Assembly (NCBI GenBank): GCA_964484315.1
Contig: CAZAEF010000002.1
Location: 1-36,050 of the forward strand
Origin: an uncultured Candidatus Saccharibacteria bacterium
Lineage (GTDB): Bacteria; Patescibacteriota; Minisyncoccia; Phycocordibacterales; PALSA-1337
Length of the DNA: 36,050 nucleotides
Direction of reading: 5' to 3'
The notes beneath the pieces were generated by a model that ran no database searches, was not told where the DNA came from, and saw nothing but the letters and a program-made list of their open reading frames with translations. The translations under genes were made by a program, and so were the position numbers. Below are positions 26,723-31,698 of this stretch, one piece after another; positions within the stretch are counted from its first letter, which is position 1; each line of letters opens with the position of its first letter.

Positions 26723-27355
26723 ATGTTAAAAACAAATTACACCAGAAATGATGTGGAGAAGTATCTGCAGAATACTTCATATCCACCAAGACTCGCAACA
26801 GTAGCGTTACTCCATCTTGACTGTCGAAATCAGTCGGAAATTGCAAGGAGAATTAGGATAGTACATCAAGGAGTGAACAAAATCATTCAGCAATGCCAGG
26901 AGCTAATTATCTGGCACAAGAGACTCGATCAATTTCGGTCACTGGAAAAACACATCCTTATGGAGAAGCAGGTTACTGAAGTATTTCCTAGTCACTGGGA
27001 GACTACCAGAATCTTAGCTTATGCAAACTGTCATAATCTATATCAATTGATGGGAATTCAGTATGGTTACCTGATTAAATATAGAAATATAGGTCCTGGC
27101 GGAATCATCAGACTCAATTCAGTATTGTCATTCTTGGGATGTCAGACGATCGATCCTAATGATAATGTTCTGCCATCTGAATTAAAGAAGTTCGTTTCTG
27201 CATATTTTTGTACAGTATTCAGACAATCACGACAGACATCGAAAGCATTAGCTGAGGTTTATGAAAAAAACAAGTGGGGATTGGTATTTGTCAGATCACT
27301 TGGGGAAAAGAAATTGTATCCACCACCATGTTTCTTCTTTAAAAACAGCGAATGA
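26723..27355 (+). CDS. Hypothetical DNA-binding protein (N-terminal HTH, central RpoA-CTD-like helix-hairpin-helix)
   Basis: NQSEIARRIRIVHQGVNKIIQQ looks like a sigma-region-4/LuxR-type HTH. TTRILAYANCHNLYQLMG...YRNIGPGGIIRLNSVL resembles the RNA polymerase alpha CTD pattern (R..N.L......V.DL......L..I.N.G.KS..EI). Confidence 0.45.
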   Translation: MLKTNYTRNDVEKYLQNTSYPPRLATVALLHLDCRNQSEIARRIRIVHQGVNKIIQQCQELIIWHKRLDQFRSLEKHILMEKQVTEVFPSHWETTRILAYANCHNLYQLMGIQYGYLIKYRNIGPGGIIRLNSVLSFLGCQTIDPNDNVLPSELKKFVSAYFCTVFRQSRQTSKALAEVYEKNKWGLVFVRSLGEKKLYPPPCFFFKNSE

Positions 27356-27372
27356 AGTTATTGTTTCTAAAA

Positions 27373-27405
27373 AGGTTGTGAGTTTAAATGCTCTCAACCT
27401 TTTTT
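27373..27405 (+). terminator. Rho-independent terminator
   Basis: AAGGTTGTGAG-N8-CTCTCAACCTT followed by TTTTT. Confidence 0.6.
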
Positions 27406-27467
27406 ATATAGTGAATCGCAGGGTGGGGTAATTTACGCCAAAACTTTATCTGCTTTTAGTATCATCT

Positions 27468-27522
27468 TCAATCTCTCGCATTTCTTAGCAAACTGGTTTC
27501 AAAATGCGATACTGAAGTCCAC
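27468..27522 (+). repeat. B-repeat copy B3 (36-nt core at 27487-27522)
   Basis: Core identical to B1 and B4. The flank is conserved with B1. Confidence 0.9.
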
Positions 27523-27544
27523 CAAACGACGAGCGTACACAAAT

Positions 27545-27573
27545 TTGACTTTAATCAGCCCTCGGTATAATAT
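27545..27573 (+). promoter_or_regulatory. Promoter with no ORF downstream (faces the 3' end of the minus-strand NYN gene)
   Basis: TTGACT-N15-TATAAT, or N17-TAATAT. The next plus-strand element is the hairpin at 27595-27631. Confidence 0.4.
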
Positions 27574-27594
27574 ACAGAAGTATTCATACGAAGA

Positions 27595-27631
27595 GGGATC
27601 CGAAAGGTGCTTGTGCCTTAGGAGCCCTTTT
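27595..27631. terminator. Hairpin terminator shared by the short plus-strand unit and the minus-strand NYN gene
   Basis: GGGATCC..AAGG..CCTT..GGAGCCC followed by TTTT on the plus strand. Lies 4 nt beyond the NYN2 stop on the minus strand. Confidence 0.5.
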
Positions 27632-27634
27632 CAT

Positions 27635-28165
27635 TTATAGGGTTTGATTATTGTACTCAATATATGATTTGAGGTTATAGAGATAGTCAAAATATTCAGA
27701 ACCGAATTGCTTATATAGTGAAGATGCAAATTTTTTATTCGGAAATAGGACTTTGGCCAACTTATTCTTCTTTAGAAGATAATCAACAAGCTTTTTATAA
27801 TCGCCATCACCCGACACAAGAATTATTTTATTAAAATCAGGCTCATCAATTAACTTTTTCAATACTTCAAAAACTATATCCGTATCAACATTACCTTTCT
27901 TTCGGCCAATCATTACTGGATTATGCTCTTTGAATATTAAAGTAAAGCCGGCATTCTCAAGATTGGCGTATAATCCACGCTCCTTTTCGGTTGAATAGCC
28001 TAAGAAATAATATGCTGTAGTTATATCATATTTTTCCTTGAGATATATTCTTAATTTTATATGATCAATAGCCCACCCATCATCTTTTGACCCAAAGTAA
28101 AGATTCTGTCCATCGATGAAAGCGATGTTAGTGGTATTTGGAATTGTTGATAGGGATTCATTCAT
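27635..28165 (-). CDS. NYN (LabA/DUF88-like) nuclease domain protein, paralogue 2
   Basis: NIAFIDGQNL, KGNVDTDIV and LVSGDGDY. Collinear similarity to the 24853..25362 product along its full length. Confidence 0.75.
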   Translation of the reverse strand: MNESLSTIPNTTNIAFIDGQNLYFGSKDDGWAIDHIKLRIYLKEKYDITTAYYFLGYSTEKERGLYANLENAGFTLIFKEHNPVMIGRKKGNVDTDIVFEVLKKLIDEPDFNKIILVSGDGDYKKLVDYLLKKNKLAKVLFPNKKFASSLYKQFGSEYFDYLYNLKSYIEYNNQTL

Positions 28166-28171
28166 TGCAGC

Positions 28172-28180
28172 ATCATACCA
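28172..28180 (-). promoter_or_regulatory. Extended -10 promoter TGGTATGAT (minus strand), leaderless configuration
   Basis: The reverse complement of ATCATACCA reads TGGTATGAT and ends 6 nt before the ATG at 28165. Confidence 0.45.
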
Positions 28181-28259
28181 CCGCTTGAATTCAAATATCT
28201 TTTGAATTGTGTATTTCGAGGGGATAACTTGTCAGTACAACCACGTGAGAATTCCTAGT

Positions 28260-28278
28260 CGAGTCCTGTAGGGTCTAC
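28260..28278 (+). repeat. A-repeat copy A4 (18/19 copy of the tRNA-Ala 3' end)
   Basis: CGAGTCCTGTAGGGTCTAC. It also shares ATTCCT-N3 upstream with copy A2, and that segment is absent from the tRNA itself. Confidence 0.85.
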
Positions 28279-28282
28279 AAAC

Positions 28283-28311
28283 TTGACAAATACACCGAAT
28301 ATGTGTATAAT
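28283..28311 (+). promoter_or_regulatory. Consensus sigma70 promoter immediately after A4
   Basis: TTGACA-N17-TATAAT. The spacer contains the inverted repeat ATACAC-N7-GTGTAT. Confidence 0.65.
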
Positions 28312-28437
28312 TGTATAAGGGTTCATTAAGTATCTAGCCTACTTTCCTCGGTAGAGGAAGACAAAGTTGCCATTACTGGGTACGGCGGCAACCGAGCTAG
28401 CATTCTCCCACATCCGTAGGGGTGCAAGAAAGAATGA

Positions 28438-28485
28438 GTATTCCTTATCTTATCGACAATCACGTCGGTGGAAACAAAGGAATAC
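28438..28485 (+). promoter_or_regulatory. Leader hairpin sequestering the putative RBS of the 28487 ORF
   Basis: GTATTCCTT (28438-46) pairs perfectly with AAGGAATAC (28477-85). AAGGA in the 3' arm lies 5 nt before ATG 28487. Confidence 0.45.
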
Positions 28486-28486
28486 T

Positions 28487-29002
28487 ATGCATATCATCAA
28501 ATGGTTCATCAAAAAAGCACAAAAATTAGTTCAAGTTTGCAAAAACTACAAGTCAGACAGGCAGATTGAAAAGTGGTATTTCACTCTTACAGATGAAGAG
28601 TTGCGTCAATGGATTAATCCAGCGACGGACGATCAACTGTCGGAGAAAGAGTATTGCCAGCCGATTGATCTCGAAGAAGAGCTACGCAAATGCGAAGAGC
28701 GTCAAGCGTTGGCTGAAATAGAGATCAGAAAGCGAGACAATGCTGAAGCTCTCAAGCAAGAGGAAGCTGAAAAGGCTCGCTACCAAGAGTTAGTGGATGA
28801 ATGGCCGTGCCAGGACTGTGGGGAATTTGGTTCCAAGTGCACCTGCACTCCGGACGAAGACGACCACGAGCTTGAAGTTCCACAAATGGGACTGCCTGGC
28901 CACGAGGAGGAAGAAATTCCTTTGTGGCTCGAGCATGCCAACGAAGAATGTCCGAACTGCGGACTTCTGCCAGAGTTCTGTCAGTGTCAGTACGAAGAGT
29001 AG
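28487..29002 (+). CDS. Acidic protein with duplicated CxxCG-x5-CxC knuckle motifs
   Basis: 172 aa from ATG 28487. CQDCGEFGSKCTC and CPNCGLLPEFCQC are embedded in Glu/Asp-rich sequence, after a central charged helical segment. The track start (TTG 28367) lies in the structured leader and is less likely. Confidence 0.5.
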   Translation: MHIIKWFIKKAQKLVQVCKNYKSDRQIEKWYFTLTDEELRQWINPATDDQLSEKEYCQPIDLEEELRKCEERQALAEIEIRKRDNAEALKQEEAEKARYQELVDEWPCQDCGEFGSKCTCTPDEDDHELEVPQMGLPGHEEEEIPLWLEHANEECPNCGLLPEFCQCQYEE

Positions 29003-29021
29003 AGGGTGTTACAACCCAAAG

Positions 29022-29059
29022 ACCCGCTTAGCAACGAAAGTTGTGGCGGGTTTTCTTCT
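29022..29059 (+). terminator. Rho-independent terminator
   Basis: ACCCGC..CAAC-GAAA-GTTG..GCGGGT followed by TTTTCTTCTT. Confidence 0.6.
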
Positions 29060-29070
29060 TGAAGATGATG

Positions 29071-29076
29071 TATAAT
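29071..29076 (+). promoter_or_regulatory. -10 element TATAAT, leaderless configuration, for the HAD gene
   Basis: TATAAT ends 6 nt before ATG 29083. Preceded by TG. Confidence 0.4.
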
Positions 29077-29082
29077 TTCCGT

Positions 29083-29703
29083 ATGAAGAATATTATTTTT
29101 GATTGGTCTGGCGTAGTCCGAGACACAGTGACGAACCAAATGTGGATTGTTAATCACATATTTAAAAAATATGAAGTAGGGGAGATATCCACGGAAGAAT
29201 TCAGGGAAAATTGGACACAGCCACCCGCTCTTTTTTATCAAAAATATTTACCCGAAGGTTATGACGAAGCGGAACGGTCAAAATTGTTTCAGAAATTACA
29301 ATTAGACAAAGACTGTCCAAAAGCAACCTCATTTCCTGAGGTGGTACAACTCATACACAAATGCAAAGAAAAGGGCTATTTTCTTGCCGTCGTAAGTTCT
29401 GATTTTCCCGAGACATTACTTCCTGAAGTAAAGCAATATGGACTAGAAAACGTTTTTAGAGAAATTATTACAGATGCAAATGATAAATTGCCACCAACTC
29501 AGAAAATAATTAAAGAAAACAATTTAAACCTAGAAGATACATTTTTTGTTGGAGATAGTAATCATGAGGTAGATGTAGCCAAAGAGACAGGGATTAAAAG
29601 TGTGGTAGTCACATGGGGTTTCACTAGTGAGAGTAAATTAAGAGCTAGAAATCCAGATTATATGGCTCATAATGCTAAGGAATTGGAAGGTGTTATTTTA
29701 TAG
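29083..29703 (+). CDS. HAD-superfamily hydrolase (phosphoglycolate-phosphatase-like)
   Basis: Motif I IIFDWSGVV (nucleophile Asp present, Asp+2 replaced by Ser), motif II AVVSS and motif IV VGDSNHEVD. Confidence 0.7.
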   Translation: MKNIIFDWSGVVRDTVTNQMWIVNHIFKKYEVGEISTEEFRENWTQPPALFYQKYLPEGYDEAERSKLFQKLQLDKDCPKATSFPEVVQLIHKCKEKGYFLAVVSSDFPETLLPEVKQYGLENVFREIITDANDKLPPTQKIIKENNLNLEDTFFVGDSNHEVDVAKETGIKSVVVTWGFTSESKLRARNPDYMAHNAKELEGVIL

Positions 29704-29743
29704 AGTCTTCCTTCAGTATTATCTTTAAGTATTCTGTCTCTCT

Positions 29744-29779
29744 AGCAAACTGGTTTCAAAATGCGATACTGAAGTCCAC
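29744..29779 (+). repeat. B-repeat copy B4 (36-nt core)
   Basis: Identical to the B1 and B3 cores. Starts 41 nt after the HAD stop. Confidence 0.9.
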
Positions 29780-29786
29780 AAAAAAT

Positions 29787-29814
29787 TTGACAAGTTTTAA
29801 ATTATATGTAATCT
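29787..29814 (+). promoter_or_regulatory. Promoter 7 nt after B4, with a 12-bp palindrome at the -10/start region
   Basis: TTGACA-N16-TAATCT. TCTAGTACTAGA (29812-29823) is a perfect palindrome. A GGAG RBS lies 7 nt before ATG 29875. Confidence 0.5.
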
Positions 29815-29874
29815 AGTACTAGATCTGTATCCTATCTGTTTTGAAAACTTAACAACCAACCAATTGGAGTCATT

Positions 29875-30360
29875 ATGAAAACGAATGAAGACCTTAAGCT
29901 TGTCATAGCCGTCAGACATGGTGAATACACTAATCATGGTCAGAGAGGTTTGAATGATTTGGGAAGACAGCAGTCGCAACTTTTCGCTACGAAACTTCGG
30001 GCAATTATTCCTCAGGAATACTCGGTCGAAATCTTTTCCTCGATCCTTACAAGGGGACAAGAGACCGCCGAAATTCTTGCCTCACATCTCGGAGCAACTA
30101 CGAAGATGCTCTATGAACTTTGCTCAGATGATTTTATAGATGGTGAAGAAAAACGTCAGGCTATCCTCAAGTCTGTAAATGGCTCCGATGCTATCGTTAT
30201 CGTTGCTCACTACACCTCGCCCTCGGGCATCATCAACGCCTTCAGTGAGTATCATTTCAAGAAGCAAGTGAGTCCCCAGGAAACAAAAAAAGGGAACGGT
30301 CTTATGTTAGATCTCTGTTCTGGTAAAGTCGTGACCGACTTAATGGATCACACCTCGTAA
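29875..30360 (+). CDS. Histidine phosphatase superfamily protein (SixA/PGAM-like)
   Basis: VAVRHGEY (RHG motif), SSILTRGQETAE and IVIVAHY (second catalytic His region). Confidence 0.75.
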   Translation: MKTNEDLKLVIAVRHGEYTNHGQRGLNDLGRQQSQLFATKLRAIIPQEYSVEIFSSILTRGQETAEILASHLGATTKMLYELCSDDFIDGEEKRQAILKSVNGSDAIVIVAHYTSPSGIINAFSEYHFKKQVSPQETKKGNGLMLDLCSGKVVTDLMDHTS

Positions 30361-30377
30361 GTTTTTTGGTTTCAAAG

Positions 30378-30415
30378 AAGGAGCTTAGTACGCAACTACT
30401 AAGCTCCTTTTATTT
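30378..30415 (+). terminator. Rho-independent terminator (13-bp perfect stem)
   Basis: AAGGAGCTTAGTA-CGCAAC-TACTAAGCTCCTT followed by TTATTT. Confidence 0.7.
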
Positions 30416-30430
30416 GTCCTGAGATATACC

Positions 30431-30472
30431 CAAAAACGAAAATTGAGTGAGCCATTTTCAGGCTCTACTCAA
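30431..30472 (-). terminator. Rho-independent terminator for the minus-strand ORF
   Basis: On the minus strand, TTGAGTAGAGCC-TGAAAAT-GGCTCACTCAA is followed by TTTTCGTTTTT. Confidence 0.6.
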
Positions 30473-30515
30473 TGACTTACTCAATTATTTATTATCTTTT
30501 GCGAGATTTTCTCTC

Positions 30516-30794
30516 TCAATCTAACTTTGTGCACTTCCTCTGCCTCTCCCATTTTATACCCTCTTTGAAGACGGCTGTTAGGATGTCTGCAAAGACAAAT
30601 GCCGGTGTTTCATCAGAACCCCAATCACCTTTGAGCAGTGTGAATAGAGCCTTGTCCACCTCCACATTTTCTTTATTTGTGGGGGTCGATATGATGAGAA
30701 GAGGTTCCTTATTCCACAACGGAGATGGATTTTTGTCCGCTACAGGAACAACTAAGAAAACCCCTGACGGTTGCATATATACAGCAATGAACAT
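30516..30794 (-). CDS. Hypothetical protein
   Basis: The minus-strand ORF has AAGGA 5 nt before ATG 30794 and its own terminator. The overlapping plus-strand ORF 30472..30837 looks non-protein-like. Confidence 0.45.
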   Translation of the reverse strand: MFIAVYMQPSGVFLVVPVADKNPSPLWNKEPLLIISTPTNKENVEVDKALFTLLKGDWGSDETPAFVFADILTAVFKEGIKWERQRKCTKLD

Positions 30795-30950
30795 ATTTTC
30801 CTTTCTATTTATTTCAAAAATACACCATATCAGATAATAATGCAATCTTCTGTAAAAATCTCAGATAGGATGAGGTCTATATCTGATTAACTTATCCATA
30901 CACCATATTGCAGTATAGAAGTATATATGATACTTTGAACTAAATTGCAC

Positions 30951-31252
30951 ATCATAATGAAGCTCGAAAGAGAGTAGCGTCCGTTACTGGGAATACGCAG
31001 ACTGGCATGATACCGAATGTATCCGCCAAGACATTCTCCCTCAGCAAAGACGACAGAATGTCGTAGCCGTCTAATAGACTAGGATTCTTCAGTATCGACA
31101 AGACGATACTGTCCGAATTATGGTTGGATAAAGGTGGCAGTGCATAGTTTCCGTTGCCCTAGAGACCATAAGGCTGAATTCCCTGTCTGTGGGGTCTGGC
31201 TGAGCATAATGATTGCAATGTGACTGCCTTCTTGTAGGCAGTCATTTTTTAT
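30951..31252 (+). ncRNA. Candidate structured non-coding RNA of unknown class (~300 nt) ending in an intrinsic terminator
   Basis: No ORF of 60 aa or more in any frame across 30846-31282. Closing helix 30951-30965 / 31202-31213. Perfect 8-bp hairpins at 31030-31062 and 31090-31111, and a hairpin at 31004-31027. Terminator TGACTGCC-N8-GGCAGTCA plus T6 at 31221-31250. Confidence 0.45.
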
Positions 31253-31297
31253 TATTTCTCTATCTATGCCCCTCATCGCATATCATATTCCTTTATC

Positions 31298-31326
31298 TTG
31301 ACCCACACTCATCATCGCAGTAAAAT
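31298..31326 (+). promoter_or_regulatory. Sigma70-like promoter for the 31355 ORF
   Basis: TTGACC-N17-TAAAAT. An AAGGA RBS lies before ATG 31355. Confidence 0.5.
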
Positions 31327-31354
31327 TATATAAACAGTTCACCAAAGGAAAATT

Positions 31355-31612
31355 ATGTTCGGAATAAAATGTCATTATTGTGGGCATTGTGAGAGTGTCC
31401 ACGAACTCATGAAAAATGCCGATACTGAGATTGAAAGAAAGATAGTCTTCAATGCAAATCCTCAATATCGAACACTAATCGAAGGTTATGCTCAAACCCT
31501 CGAGCAATGTGAAGAGTATATGCCAGAGGACCGCAAGCTTGCAGAAGAGCTTGCTCGAGAGCTTTACGGCCACCACCGTACTCCACAGTTTGCTGATGAG
31601 GATTATTGTTGA
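31355..31612 (+). CDS. Hypothetical small acidic protein with N-terminal CxxCxxC
   Basis: 85 aa, begins MFGIKCHYCGHCES. Has its own promoter, RBS and terminator. Confidence 0.5.
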   Translation: MFGIKCHYCGHCESVHELMKNADTEIERKIVFNANPQYRTLIEGYAQTLEQCEEYMPEDRKLAEELARELYGHHRTPQFADEDYC

Positions 31613-31624
31613 ATCATCCAGAGG

Positions 31625-31656
31625 AAATCACTCTCATGGGTGATTTTCTTTTTTTG
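31625..31656 (+). terminator. Rho-independent terminator
   Basis: AAATCAC-N8-GTGATTT followed by a long T run. Confidence 0.65.
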
Positions 31657-31668
31657 TCATTTTCCTTA

Positions 31669-31677
31669 TGATATACT
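31669..31677 (+). promoter_or_regulatory. Extended -10 promoter TGATATACT
   Basis: TGnTATACT, 21 nt upstream of ATG 31699. Confidence 0.4.
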
Positions 31678-31698
31678 CTAATTTCAATAACTTTATAC

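Noticed and set aside
24788-29779. The B repeats (36-nt, three identical copies) as a CRISPR array
   Set aside because: The repeats are 0.7-2.3 kb apart, and the intervening DNA consists of full genes with promoters and terminators. No cas genes are present and there are no short uniform spacers.
30368-30377. TGGTTTCAAA after the histidine phosphatase gene as a sixth, vestigial B repeat marking the array end
   Set aside because: It is only a 10-nt match with no flanking conservation, and it merges into an ordinary terminator. Suggestive of the array boundary but not supportable.
24304-30415. A classical integron (intI / attI / attC)
   Set aside because: No IntI-like tyrosine recombinase or Pc/attI is in the window. 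The junction repeats lack the RYYYAAC / GTTRRRY core sites. The cassettes carry their own promoters. Only the general logic (hairpin-bearing junctions, single-gene units) is similar.
30472-30837. 121-aa plus-strand ORF
   Set aside because: It starts inside the minus-strand terminator hairpin and has low-complexity Ser/Leu/Phe composition. The opposite-strand ORF has an RBS, a plausible promoter and its own terminator.
30951-31252. Identification of the ORF-free structured region as RNase P RNA, tmRNA, SRP RNA, a T-box or a cobalamin/TPP riboswitch
   Set aside because: - RNase P: the partial resemblances (AGAGAGUAGCGUCCG; AGAGACCAUAAGGCUGA) do not give a P4 pairing.
- tmRNA: no GGAAGCAG SRP helix-8 motif, tRNA-like end or tag ORF.
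- T-box: the GGUGGNACCGCG box is not matched, and the downstream gene is not amino-acid related and has its own promoter.
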